Below, piece by piece: positions 28,060 through 37,349 of a stretch of DNA of 64,000 bases. The DNA is from Candidatus Amesbacteria bacterium RIFCSPLOWO2_01_FULL_48_25 (GTDB lineage: Bacteria > Patescibacteriota > Microgenomatia > CAZETR01 > Amesbacteraceae), in the NCBI GenBank assembly GCA_001773695.1, contig MEXN01000005.1, positions 67,687 to 131,686 on the forward strand, given 5' to 3'. Every line of letters starts with the position of its first letter. Positions within the stretch are counted from its first letter, which is position 1. The notes under the pieces are model-generated. The model was given only the letters and a program-made list of their open reading frames with translations, had not been told where the DNA came from and did not search any database. The position numbers and the translations under genes were made by a program.

Positions 28060-29025
28060 CTATTTGAAGAGAGTGAGGGAGGAAATTTGGGCGGTGACGA
28101 AGGCGACGTAAAGAGTGATCAAAACGATGCCTTCAAGATATGAAAGACGGTTTTTGGAATGGGTGAAGACCAAAAAAAGCACTAATGAGAAAACCATAAA
28201 GATGGCGGAGATCTCGATTTGTATTTGGGAATTGACGACGAAAGGGGAGAAAATTGCTAAAAGTGAGATGATGAAGGTGTTGGCGGCGGCGCTGCCTAAA
28301 ATGTCACCGATGACCAGATTGGTATGACGGCCGCGGATGGCGGCGATGGCGACTGAGATTTCGGGAATATTGGTGCCCAGTGACAAAAACAGAGTACCAA
28401 TGACGAGAGGGGGGATGCGGAGGAGGGTGGCCAGGCGGAGGGAGGAAAAAAGGACAGCGCGGGAAGACAAAACTACTCCAATGAGCCCTACCAGAGTGAG
28501 AAATACTGTGTTTAGAAATTTTTGGTTGAGCAAATTTTCGTCGAGAGGCGGAGAATCCGGCGGACGAAGTTTGTAGACGTATAGCAAATAGCCAATATAG
28601 AGCAAGATTAGAAATACACCGTCTAGTCGGGTAAGGCGGGAATCAAGAAGAAGAATAAGGGGGGAGAGAATGAGAACGGCAATATGCAGTATTCGGTCGG
28701 GATGGGCCAGTTCGTCGCGAATAATAGCATTGGGATGAAAGACGGCGGTGCCGCCAGCGATAAGGGACAGAAGAACAATGGTGGCGCCAAAGAGATTGCC
28801 CAGAGAAAGTTGGGGGTTTCCAGAAAGAATGGAATTAACTGCGATTCCGGTTTCGGGGATGGAAGTGGCGATGCCTAAAATAATAAATCCGGTAAGGAAT
28901 TGGGAGAGGCGGAGAAAGACTCCCAGACGGGAGACTGCGGTAACTAGATAGCCTGCAGTTTTGCCTAAAATTATGAGGCCAATTAGACAGGTGAAGAAAT
29001 AAAAGAGCAGGTGGACAGGGACCAT
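28060..29025 (-). CDS. Sodium/calcium exchanger (CaCA) family antiporter
   Basis: Two alpha repeats: ATSIPE..GNLFGA and GTNIPE..GDILGS. Confidence 0.9.
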   Translation of the reverse strand: MVPVHLLFYFFTCLIGLIILGKTAGYLVTAVSRLGVFLRLSQFLTGFIILGIATSIPETGIAVNSILSGNPQLSLGNLFGATIVLLSLIAGGTAVFHPNAIIRDELAHPDRILHIAVLILSPLILLLDSRLTRLDGVFLILLYIGYLLYVYKLRPPDSPPLDENLLNQKFLNTVFLTLVGLIGVVLSSRAVLFSSLRLATLLRIPPLVIGTLFLSLGTNIPEISVAIAAIRGRHTNLVIGDILGSAAANTFIISLLAIFSPFVVNSQIQIEISAIFMVFSLVLFLVFTHSKNRLSYLEGIVLITLYVAFVTAQISSLTLFK

Positions 29026-29044
29026 TTAATATAATGTAACAGAT

Positions 29045-30076
29045 ATGACGGGGTTTTGGAAAAGTTTGTCGCGGCCATTTTGGGCAATGGCGCCAATGGA
29101 AGATGTGACGGATACGGTTTTTAGAAGAATCGTGGCCAGTGTGGGGAAGCCGGATGTGTGTTTTACGGAGTTTACGAATGTAGATGCGATAGTGTATGCA
29201 GTTCGGAATGCGCAAAAGTCTGTCCTCGAACTACCGGTCTCACTGCGTTCGCCGGGATCGCTGCGGGCGGATTTTGCTAGCATTCCTGCACTGCAGAGAT
29301 TGTATTTCTCTGAATCAGAGAGGCCGATTGTGGCTCAGATTTGGGGGACGGATCCTCAAAAGTTTTATGAGGCCTCCAAAATTATAAAAAAACTCGGGTT
29401 TGACGGGATAGACATAAATTTCGGCTGTCCGGTTAGAGACGTGGTCAAAATCGGCGCTTGTTCGGCGATGATAGGAAAAAATTCGCAGGTGGCTGAAATA
29501 ATTGCGGCTGTGAAAGAAGGAAGTAAGTTGCCGGTGAGTATCAAGACCAGGATTGGATTTAAAGCGATAGTTACCGAGGAGTGGATTGGATTTTTGTTGG
29601 GGCAAGGGCTAGCGGCGATTACGGTTCATGGGAGGACGGCAGTCGAGCTCAGCTCGGTGCCGGCGCATTGGGAGGAGATTGGGAAGGCGGTCAGTTTAAG
29701 AGATCAGTCTGAGTCTGAGACTTTGATAGTTGGTAATGGAGATGTGAAGAGTCTGGAGGAGGCAAGAGAGAAGGTTCGTGAATATGGAGTGGATGGGGTG
29801 ATGATAGGAAGGGGGGTTTTGGAGAATCCCGCGATTTTTAATTCTAAACCCGCCTGCCGGTCGGGCAGGTTTTTAATTTTAAATCGAACTCAAAAGTTGA
29901 AATTATTGAATCAGCACTTAAAACTTTGGGAAGAGACGTGGGGGGAACACAAAAATTTTGCGGCGTTTAAAAAATATGTAAAAGTTTATGTCAGGGATTT
30001 TGAGGGAGCGGGGGAATTACGGGCGAGGCTAATGAATGCGGCGAGCTATAGTGATTTGAGGCAGATTCTGGGGTAA
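29045..30076 (+). CDS. dus: tRNA-dihydrouridine synthase (with two in-frame repeat insertions)
   Basis: APMEDVTD, TEF, DINFGCP, VHGRT, GNGD, GVMIGRG. Confidence 0.95.
   Translation: MTGFWKSLSRPFWAMAPMEDVTDTVFRRIVASVGKPDVCFTEFTNVDAIVYAVRNAQKSVLELPVSLRSPGSLRADFASIPALQRLYFSESERPIVAQIWGTDPQKFYEASKIIKKLGFDGIDINFGCPVRDVVKIGACSAMIGKNSQVAEIIAAVKEGSKLPVSIKTRIGFKAIVTEEWIGFLLGQGLAAITVHGRTAVELSSVPAHWEEIGKAVSLRDQSESETLIVGNGDVKSLEEAREKVREYGVDGVMIGRGVLENPAIFNSKPACRSGRFLILNRTQKLKLLNQHLKLWEETWGEHKNFAAFKKYVKVYVRDFEGAGELRARLMNAASYSDLRQILG
29205..29286. repeat. 82-nt long imperfect palindrome inserted in frame in dus
   Basis: Arms GGAATGC/GCATTCC, GCAAAAGTCTGTCC/GGGCGGATTTTGC, CCGG/CCGG. Confidence 0.85.
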
Positions 30077-30087
30077 AATGGGCTTGG

Positions 30088-30576
30088 ATGTTGCAAAAGA
30101 AAACGGTAGTAAAGGCGGAATCTGCAAGACGGGAGTTTGCCAAGCGATTGATGGCTGTCGTTATTGGGACTTGGGTGTGGGAAATGGGTTTAGAGAAGCA
30201 AGGGAAGAAATGGCAGGAAGCGGGTAGGGTGCTTGATGAAATGTTGGCAGAGGCAAAGAAACGAGGTTATGAGGAATTGGTGGAGAAACGGAGAGGGAAG
30301 TTGGTGCCGGCTGGATGGTTATACGATCAGGTGGAAGAGATGATAGAGGAATTTGAGGACGACATGTTTTGGGAAAGATTGGAGACGGATTTGGCCCATC
30401 GGGATTTGGAGGAAAATCATGGAGAGGACTTGAAGAAAATGGGTGATGAGAAAAAAGCCGACTTGCACGATCGGTATCACGAGAAATGGGCTCAGGAGTT
30501 TGAAAAAAATGGACTGAAAAGGCTGGATATAATAGACAACGTTCCCTCGGTTAGGACGGGAAGAGTGAGGAATTAA
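30088..30576 (+). CDS. Hypothetical acidic protein
   Basis: 162-aa ORF; TAAAAT before the ATG; FWERL..DLA.RD and EFEKNGL motifs. Confidence 0.7.
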   Translation: MLQKKTVVKAESARREFAKRLMAVVIGTWVWEMGLEKQGKKWQEAGRVLDEMLAEAKKRGYEELVEKRRGKLVPAGWLYDQVEEMIEEFEDDMFWERLETDLAHRDLEENHGEDLKKMGDEKKADLHDRYHEKWAQEFEKNGLKRLDIIDNVPSVRTGRVRN

Positions 30577-30627
30577 ATATGGGTGATTCTTGCATAGCAG
30601 TAATATTTATTGTATGACTGAGCGAGA

Positions 30628-31755
30628 GTGAAAATGTCGAAGAAGTTGTTTCTGCTGGTACTGATTTTCTCTTTGGCGGTGTTTCTGACAGCTTCGCGTA
30701 GTTCTAAAGCGGAAGTAACGTTGACGAGTTTTGGCTCTTTGGTATTACCGGAGACTTCTGCTTGGGTTAACCTGGGAATTGCAATTTCCGAAGGGGCGGA
30801 AGGGGAGTGGGACAGGTATCTGTGGGGAGGATTTGCAGAGAGTCTGGTTAAAAAGCATGGGGTTTACTATTTGTATTATCAGGGTTCGTCCTCATTTAGC
30901 GATACATGCAACGATAATACGTATAGACAAATCGGGGTAGCGACATCGACGGACGGGATCAATTGGACGAAATATGCCGGTAATCCGGTGATAACTTGGA
31001 CGGATCAGGGAGCAGTGACGGAGGGGGCAGTCAGTTCGGGGGCAGTTTTGGGAGCAGATGGGAATATATACCTCTATTATGGGGCGAATAGCGCTTATGA
31101 TCAGTGTTTGGTGCATGCTGCCGGAAGGCTGGCCCAAAGTAGTGACGGTATTAATTTTACTGACGTAGGTGAGGTTATTCACAATGCGTCTCCGTTGTGG
31201 GGCTTCGGCGATGAGATTTTTCCGGTAGGGGTTTATGAAAACGGAGGCAGTTGGAATGTGTTTTATATTCCAAATGGGGTAAGCAAATATGCGAATAAAA
31301 AGTTGGGTGTTATTACCGGATCGAGCTTGACAGGATTGGACCCAAATCAGAGCAGGGGAGTAAATGGCGGGTTGCCGGCTTGGGGTCCAGTTTCGATTGT
31401 AAGTGATAGTTCGGCGGCTTATGCATTTGTAAATGACCCAGCGACAAATCGTCCCGTGAAGGTTTACTCGTTTGCCCCTGGCTTTCCTTCTAGTATGACT
31501 TTGCGGAAGACATATGTATTCTCTGATTGTATGCAAGCGTCAGTGTTGTATGAACCGGAGATGAGCAGGTGGCTAATGCTGTGCAGAGACGTGCCCGATA
31601 ATGCTTTTTATAGGGTAAAGGTTGCCCCGGTAGTGTTTGCCACTCCCAGTCCGACGGGAGGTCCGGTTCCGACCATAGGTCCCAGCTCAACTTCTTCTCC
31701 AAAATCCACGCCACCATCAAGCTCCCCGACACCCTGGCCTACAGGGACTAAATAG
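30628..31755 (+). CDS. Secreted five-bladed beta-propeller glycoside hydrolase-like protein
   Basis: Signal peptide; YYLYYQG, IGVATSTDGINWTK..GNPVI, AQSSDGINF; P/T/S-rich tail. Confidence 0.75.
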   Translation: MKMSKKLFLLVLIFSLAVFLTASRSSKAEVTLTSFGSLVLPETSAWVNLGIAISEGAEGEWDRYLWGGFAESLVKKHGVYYLYYQGSSSFSDTCNDNTYRQIGVATSTDGINWTKYAGNPVITWTDQGAVTEGAVSSGAVLGADGNIYLYYGANSAYDQCLVHAAGRLAQSSDGINFTDVGEVIHNASPLWGFGDEIFPVGVYENGGSWNVFYIPNGVSKYANKKLGVITGSSLTGLDPNQSRGVNGGLPAWGPVSIVSDSSAAYAFVNDPATNRPVKVYSFAPGFPSSMTLRKTYVFSDCMQASVLYEPEMSRWLMLCRDVPDNAFYRVKVAPVVFATPSPTGGPVPTIGPSSTSSPKSTPPSSSPTPWPTGTK

Positions 31756-32052
31756 AACAACATGACTTTTAGGCTCGAATCCGAGTGGTGGTGGCGGAAT
31801 GATAAAATTGGTGAATGACATTAAAAAAGACTTGGGTAGTGGTTTTCTGTGGTAGGGAGGGTTTTTGCCCAAAAGGTGGGATATGAACCTATCGGTAGGG
31901 ATCGAGATTGCGCCATCCCAACGTTCTTCCGGAGCTGAGAAAGATAAGAATTATTACCCAAGGGGATGAATTTGGGAGAATAGTTAGTTCGATAACTCCC
32001 AGTATAAAAATGAGTTATTTGCAAACCGAAAATATTATTGTATAAATCGAGC

Positions 32053-32682
32053 ATGAGATTGGAATCAGTATTAATGCACGATGCTATTGGCGAGAAAGAT
32101 TTGGCAGTAGTTCCGCGTCAAAACCTCTTCAGCGGGGAATATTGGAGCGGAGTTCGAGAGATGGGAGAAGAAGAGCTGTTCCAATTATTGAGTCGGCAAA
32201 TGGTTTTTAAAGAAAGAACAGAGGAGCTGGAAAAGGACGAAAGTTTAAAACAAGTAATACCTTATTTCTTGGTTCGGAGAGATGATCAATATTTAACTGC
32301 CAGGAGAAAAAACACTCAAGGAGAAAAAAGGTTGCATGGTGGTAGATTAATTGGATTCGGTGGGCATCTAAGAGCAGGCGATATCAAAGGAAGGATGAAA
32401 GACTGGTTGGAAAGAGAGTTTGATGAGGAGATTGAAGCCGAAAAGGTTTTAGGAATTTCTTTTTTCGGTGTTGTGAATCATGACGGGCCGGAAGACAATG
32501 GGGTGCACAAAGTTCACTTTGGGCTAATTTTTGAAATTCAGGTTGAAGATGAGGCAAAGATTAGGGAAGAAGACAAGTTTCAAGAAGAGGAATTCTTGCC
32601 AATTGAGTCTTTAATTTGGAAGAGAGAGGAAATGGAGTTGTGGAGCAGGCTTGTTTTGGACTTCATTGCCCAGGGAAAATGA
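32053..32682 (+). CDS. Predicted NUDIX-family phosphoesterase
   Basis: E.D..LKQVIPY, E.RLHG, GFGGH, REFDEE, VHFG, ELWS. Confidence 0.85.
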   Translation: MRLESVLMHDAIGEKDLAVVPRQNLFSGEYWSGVREMGEEELFQLLSRQMVFKERTEELEKDESLKQVIPYFLVRRDDQYLTARRKNTQGEKRLHGGRLIGFGGHLRAGDIKGRMKDWLEREFDEEIEAEKVLGISFFGVVNHDGPEDNGVHKVHFGLIFEIQVEDEAKIREEDKFQEEEFLPIESLIWKREEMELWSRLVLDFIAQGK

Positions 32683-32694
32683 TAAAATTGAGCC

Positions 32695-33324
32695 ATGAAG
32701 ACAAACGCTTTCATTGACGCTTCGAATCTCTTTTATGGGGGCGAGAAGAGTTTGGGATGGAAAATTGATTACGCGAAGCTGATAAAGTATTTGAAGAGTA
32801 AATATGGAGTTTCCGAGGTCTATTATTTTGGCGGTGTAGAAATACATGGATATCAGTACGATTATCTTAAAAATGACTGTGTGCCGGTGGACGAGTTGGA
32901 AAGTAAATTATTAGAGTACATTAAGAAAGAGAAGAAGAATCTTGATGAGGCTAAGCTCTTTTTATTGTCTAAGCACTTGGGGCGGATACGCTTTTATCTA
33001 AAATTGAAACAATTTGGATATACATTATTCTTGAAACCAGTGAAACTATATCATCAGGAAGATGGCAGCACTCAAAGAAAAGCTAACTGTGATGTAGAAA
33101 TGGCTTTCTATCTAATGAAAGAGAAAGACAATTTCGATCGAGTCTTGGTATTGTCCGGAGATGGAGACTTCTTGCCGGTTCTTAAACACCTTAGGGAGAT
33201 TGGAAAGGAAGTTATCATATTAGCTAGAGGAGAGAGGACAGCGAGGGAAATTCGTCAATTTGCTGGAGACAAGTTTAGAGATTTCGTGAAGCTTGAGCGG
33301 GAAATCAAATATGAAGGTAAGTAG
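32695..33324 (+). CDS. NYN domain (PIN-like) RNase
   Basis: FIDASNL, KANCDVE, LSGDGDF. Confidence 0.92.
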   Translation: MKTNAFIDASNLFYGGEKSLGWKIDYAKLIKYLKSKYGVSEVYYFGGVEIHGYQYDYLKNDCVPVDELESKLLEYIKKEKKNLDEAKLFLLSKHLGRIRFYLKLKQFGYTLFLKPVKLYHQEDGSTQRKANCDVEMAFYLMKEKDNFDRVLVLSGDGDFLPVLKHLREIGKEVIILARGERTAREIRQFAGDKFRDFVKLEREIKYEGK

Positions 33325-33326
33325 AC

Positions 33327-33403
33327 AAAAAAAGAAGCGGACATACGAGATATCCGCTTCATGTTTAGTAAGTTCATTATATACATATGTTGATTTTTGT
33401 CAA
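33327..33403 (-). ncRNA. Candidate ~45-nt RNA convergent on the NYN gene (span includes its promoter and terminator)
   Basis: Minus-strand TTGACA (33403-33398)-16-TATAAT (33381-33376), 8-bp stem GAAGCGGA/TCCGCTTC, U7 tail. Confidence 0.5.
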
Positions 33404-33411
33404 TATTTACT

Positions 33412-34317
33412 ATGGGTCTAGAAATTGGGATTATTGGCCTGCCGAATGTGGGAAAGTCCACATTGTTTAATGCACTTTTGAGGAAACAGCAGGCGTATGT
33501 GGCTAATTACCCGTTTGCGACGATTGAGCCAAATATTGGAATAGTGCCCGTGCCGGATGAGAGATTGCAGAAACTAGCGGATGTGGCACACACGGAAAAG
33601 ATCGTCCCGGCGACGGTGAAATTTGTGGATATTGCCGGGTTGGTGAAGGGGGCGAGCCAAGGAGAGGGGTTGGGGAATAAATTTTTATCACATATCCGGG
33701 AAGTAGACGCGATAGTTTATGTACTAAGGGATTTTACGGATGAGAATGTGATCCGGGCGGGATCGGTCAGCCCGCAAAGTGATTATGAGACACTACGGAC
33801 GGAGTTGCAATTGGCAGACTTGGAGACGATAGAAAAAAGAAAAGCTAAAAAAGGTGAAATTCAAGAGGCGCTGGCATTATTGGCTGAGAAGCCGGAGATA
33901 AAAGTATTGAATGTCGATGAGGACAAGATCGCGCCCAGGGAGGAATACATTGTTTTGAGTGCCAAATTGGAAAGTGAACTGGGGGATGAGATAAAAGATT
34001 TGGGGATTTCAGAATCGGGTTTGGAAAAGTTGATTAAAAGATCATATGAGATTTTGGGATTGCAGAGTTTTTTGACGGCCGGCGAGAAAGAGGTGCGGGC
34101 GTGGACTATTAAAAGGGGGATTAAAGCGCCACAGGCCGCAGGAGTAATCCACACCGATTTTGAAAAGCATTTTATAAAAGCTGATGTTATTTATTGGGAG
34201 GATTTTGTAAAGCTGGGGGGGTGGCAGAAGGCGAGAGAAGCGGGCAAAGTGCGGCTAGAAGGACGGGATTATGTGATGCAGGAAGGGGACGTAGTGGAGT
34301 TTAAAGTGGGGGTTTAA
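33412..34317 (+). CDS. ychF: Ribosome-binding ATPase YchF (short)
   Basis: GLPNVGKST, NYPFATIEPN, DIAGLV, GNKFL, TGS domain RAWT...AAG.IHTDF. Confidence 0.96.
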   Translation: MGLEIGIIGLPNVGKSTLFNALLRKQQAYVANYPFATIEPNIGIVPVPDERLQKLADVAHTEKIVPATVKFVDIAGLVKGASQGEGLGNKFLSHIREVDAIVYVLRDFTDENVIRAGSVSPQSDYETLRTELQLADLETIEKRKAKKGEIQEALALLAEKPEIKVLNVDEDKIAPREEYIVLSAKLESELGDEIKDLGISESGLEKLIKRSYEILGLQSFLTAGEKEVRAWTIKRGIKAPQAAGVIHTDFEKHFIKADVIYWEDFVKLGGWQKAREAGKVRLEGRDYVMQEGDVVEFKVGV

Positions 34318-34703
34318 GTGGGTGGTTGGGTTGCTTCTTGAAGAAATTTTGATTTTATTTCCCCAGCCATTTGATTAAGTTCGGCTGGTGTGTAGGGTCC
34401 TTTATCACTGGCATTAAGGGCCTCAGTAATTAGAGCTTGGATTTGCGCGGCTGTGGAGTCAACGTATGTATGAGACATTTTAATATTGAGATGCCGGTCC
34501 GCCATGATAGCTTTGTATGTGGCCAAGAATAAGTATCCAGGTGCTTGTTTCCAGATTTCTTCGGGGTTGGTTACACCAGGAGTGTTTTTTACAAGATATG
34601 GTTTGAGAATTGTGGATTCAGCTTTGGTATAATCCCGGGTTGGGTTGTCTGGTTGCCCGATGGGACGACCAAGCTTGAAACTATAATTTTTTTCGTCTCC
34701 CAT
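34314..34703 (-). CDS. Hypothetical protein
   Basis: 129-aa ORF; minus-strand TATAAT upstream. Confidence 0.55.
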   Translation of the reverse strand: MGDEKNYSFKLGRPIGQPDNPTRDYTKAESTILKPYLVKNTPGVTNPEEIWKQAPGYLFLATYKAIMADRHLNIKMSHTYVDSTAAQIQALITEALNASDKGPYTPAELNQMAGEIKSKFLQEATQPPT

Positions 34704-34751
34704 ACACTTTTAATTATAGCGTTTATATGGAGTTTTTGCTATACTTGGGAG

Positions 34752-34931
34752 ATGTTTGAGATTCCCGATGAGACTGCTCGAGAGTATGATAAGTTAGTGA
34801 AGTGGCTTGAAATAAAAAGTGAATCACTGGCTTTGTATGGGTTTGGTATGATTTTGAGCGTGGCTGAGATGGCTGGTAATTTGCTGGGTAGAGTTGTAGG
34901 ACGAACTGGAAGGACGGGTGATGAGAAGTAG
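34752..34931 (+). CDS. Small hypothetical protein
   Basis: TATACT 6 nt before ATG 34752. Confidence 0.45.
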   Translation: MFEIPDETAREYDKLVKWLEIKSESLALYGFGMILSVAEMAGNLLGRVVGRTGRTGDEK

Positions 34932-35012
34932 TGGGCGTATTCGGAGCAGGCTCAGGTGGAGAAGCCATCATAAAGTGGAATTGAGCTGGATTTTATTGTA
35001 AAATGCATCGTG

Positions 35013-35276
35013 ATGAAAAAGTATGAATTGACGATTTTGGCCACGGATTTGGCCGGGTTGGTCGAGAAAATCGAAAAACTAGTTAAAGTTCTTAAGGGAG
35101 GGGTCGAAAAAGTGACGGAGATGGGGAAGAAACCACTGGCGTTTACGATTAAGAAAGCCGGCGAAGCCCATTATTTATCACTGGATGTTGAACTGCCGGG
35201 TGAGTCGGTGGTACAATTGAGAAAGAAGTTATCGGTGGATAAGGTAATCTTGAGATATTTGTTGGTGAAAAAATAG
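35013..35276 (+). CDS. rpsF: 30S ribosomal protein S6
   Basis: KKYEL, GKKPLAFTIKK, ILRYLLV; rpsF-ssb-rpsR synteny. Confidence 0.9.
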   Translation: MKKYELTILATDLAGLVEKIEKLVKVLKGGVEKVTEMGKKPLAFTIKKAGEAHYLSLDVELPGESVVQLRKKLSVDKVILRYLLVKK

Positions 35277-35278
35277 AA

Positions 35279-35800
35279 ATGGCTACGAGGTCTTTAAATA
35301 AGGTGATGCTGATTGGGAACTTGACCCGGGATCCGGAGATGAGATACACACCCCAGGGGACAGCAGTGTGCACTTTTGGTCTGGCGACTAACCGGACATG
35401 GGTGACTGACTCTGGAGAGAAAAGGGAAGAGACGGAATGGCATCGGATCGTGGCCTGGAACAAATTGGCTGAGCTATGTTCGCAACTTCTGTTTAAGGGG
35501 CGGAGAGTGTATGTGGAGGGTCGGTTGCAGACCCGGCAGTGGACGGGCCAGGACGGATCGACTAGGCAGGCGACTGAAATTGTGATCGAGGATATGCTGG
35601 TACTGGACTCTAAAAGGCAAGGAGAAGAGGGAGGCGGAGGATATGACGTGACTCCAATGGAGCCGGTAATGGCTGCCGGAGGCTCTGAAGATATAGCTAA
35701 AGAAGTGGTTTCGGCTACGGCTGGGAAGCCAGGAAAGAAAAAAGAAGAGAAAGAGGAGAAAGAGGAGAAAACAGAAGTTGCCGAGGATATACCCTTCTAG
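35279..35800 (+). CDS. ssb: Single-stranded DNA-binding protein
   Basis: NKVMLIGNLTRDPE, TEWH, VYVEGRLQTR, C-terminal DIPF. Confidence 0.97.
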   Translation: MATRSLNKVMLIGNLTRDPEMRYTPQGTAVCTFGLATNRTWVTDSGEKREETEWHRIVAWNKLAELCSQLLFKGRRVYVEGRLQTRQWTGQDGSTRQATEIVIEDMLVLDSKRQGEEGGGGYDVTPMEPVMAAGGSEDIAKEVVSATAGKPGKKKEEKEEKEEKTEVAEDIPF

Positions 35801-35802
35801 TC

Positions 35803-36033
35803 ATGATACAGAGAAAAAGAATATTCAAAGTTCCTAGGAATTGTATGTTTTGTAAAGAAGGCCGGGAGCCGGATTTTAGAGATGTGGCGGCGCTTTCTAG
35901 ATATGTTTCGGATCGGGGGAGAATATTGGGGAAGGACCGGACTGGGGTATGCGCCAAACATCAGAGGAAGCTCGCTAGGTCGATTAAGAGGTCTAGGCAG
36001 ATGGCTATGATGCCCTTTGTTGCAGGATTGTAA
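35803..36033 (+). CDS. rpsR: 30S ribosomal protein S18
   Basis: CMFC, RGRI...RTG.CAKHQR.L...IKR. Confidence 0.95.
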   Translation: MIQRKRIFKVPRNCMFCKEGREPDFRDVAALSRYVSDRGRILGKDRTGVCAKHQRKLARSIKRSRQMAMMPFVAGL

Positions 36034-36042
36034 TCTGGTACT

Positions 36043-37311
36043 ATGGACGGCATGGGAGTGAGGAAGTATCTACTCATAGTAACCCTGATTACTCTATCAG
36101 TAACGGTGGGTTATTGGTTGGGGGAGCAGAGAGTAAGGCTGGCTTGGCAGGGATGGAAACCCGGGGTGGTAGTTAACAAGACTCCAAACTTCCCAACTCC
36201 TCAGAGCGACGTAGATTTTTCCTTGTTTTGGCGGGTGTGGGATAGATTGGGAGAGTTGTATGTGGACAAAAATGCACTGGACTCCAAAAAAATGCTGGAC
36301 GGGGCGATTTCAGGCATGGTGGGGGCTGTCGGTGACCCTTATACCGTGTATTTGCCGGGACAAATTAACAAAGAGTCCAAGGAGGATTTGGGAGGAGCGT
36401 TTGAGGGGGTGGGAATACAACTGGGGTATAGGGATAGCCGATTGGCGGTTGTGGCGCCACTTGAGGGGTCCCCGGCATATTTGGCGGGGGTAAAAGCGGG
36501 TGACTATATTTTGCATATCAAGGACGTTGTCGCTAAAATGGATCGAGATACGGATGGGCTGAGCTTGCCGGAGGCGGTGAGACTTATTCGGGGAAAGAAG
36601 GGGACAGTGGTGCAATTGTCTCTTCTTCGAAACGGCCAGAAAGAACCGATCAAAGTAGATTTGGTACGGAATACGATTGTGGTGAAGAGTGTGGAGGTGA
36701 TGTTTTTGGATCGTGAATTATCTGAAAGCGAGAGGGCTAACATTGCCTGGATTAAGCTTTCTAGATTTGGGGATAGGACCCAGTCGGAATGGGGAGAGGC
36801 AATTAGCCGCATTGTGAACAATGAATCACGTATAACGGGAATCGTCTTAGACTTAAGAAATAATCCGGGGGGGTATTTGGAGGGAGCGGTGCAAATTGCA
36901 GGGGAATTTTTAACCCCTGGGAAATTGGTAGTAGCTCAACAATATGGTGATGGGTCTAAAATTGAAAGTAAGGTGGGGCGGAACGGGTCTTTGCTTAAGA
37001 TTCCATTGGTGGTTGTGGTGAACAAGGGAAGCGCCTCGGCTTCGGAGATTCTGGCTGGGGCGCTACAGGATTATAAGCGGGCTAAGATTGTAGGGGAGAA
37101 GTCGTTTGGCAAGGGAAGCGTGCAGCAGCCGGAGGATTTTGCCGACGGGTCGGGATTGCATGTGACAGTCGCTCGCTGGTTACGGCCGAGCGGGGAGTGG
37201 ATAGATAAAAAAGGAATAACGCCAGATTTTGAGGTGAAATACGAGGCGTCTGATAGCGCAGAGTTAAAAGATGACTTGCAGCTAGTAAAATCCATAGACT
37301 TGTTGAAGTAG
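36043..37311 (+). CDS. ctpA: S41 C-terminal processing protease
   Basis: DPYT, PDZ, LDLRNNPGG, SASASEI, FGKG. Confidence 0.94.
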   Translation: MDGMGVRKYLLIVTLITLSVTVGYWLGEQRVRLAWQGWKPGVVVNKTPNFPTPQSDVDFSLFWRVWDRLGELYVDKNALDSKKMLDGAISGMVGAVGDPYTVYLPGQINKESKEDLGGAFEGVGIQLGYRDSRLAVVAPLEGSPAYLAGVKAGDYILHIKDVVAKMDRDTDGLSLPEAVRLIRGKKGTVVQLSLLRNGQKEPIKVDLVRNTIVVKSVEVMFLDRELSESERANIAWIKLSRFGDRTQSEWGEAISRIVNNESRITGIVLDLRNNPGGYLEGAVQIAGEFLTPGKLVVAQQYGDGSKIESKVGRNGSLLKIPLVVVVNKGSASASEILAGALQDYKRAKIVGEKSFGKGSVQQPEDFADGSGLHVTVARWLRPSGEWIDKKGITPDFEVKYEASDSAELKDDLQLVKSIDLLK

Positions 37312-37349
37312 GTATTAATTTCAGGTATTTTTAAGGATGGAGGAGTGAA

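Noticed and set aside
35742-35770. 9-nt tandem repeat near the end of ssb (EEKEEK)
   Set aside because: Ordinary low-complexity linker in the disordered SSB tail.
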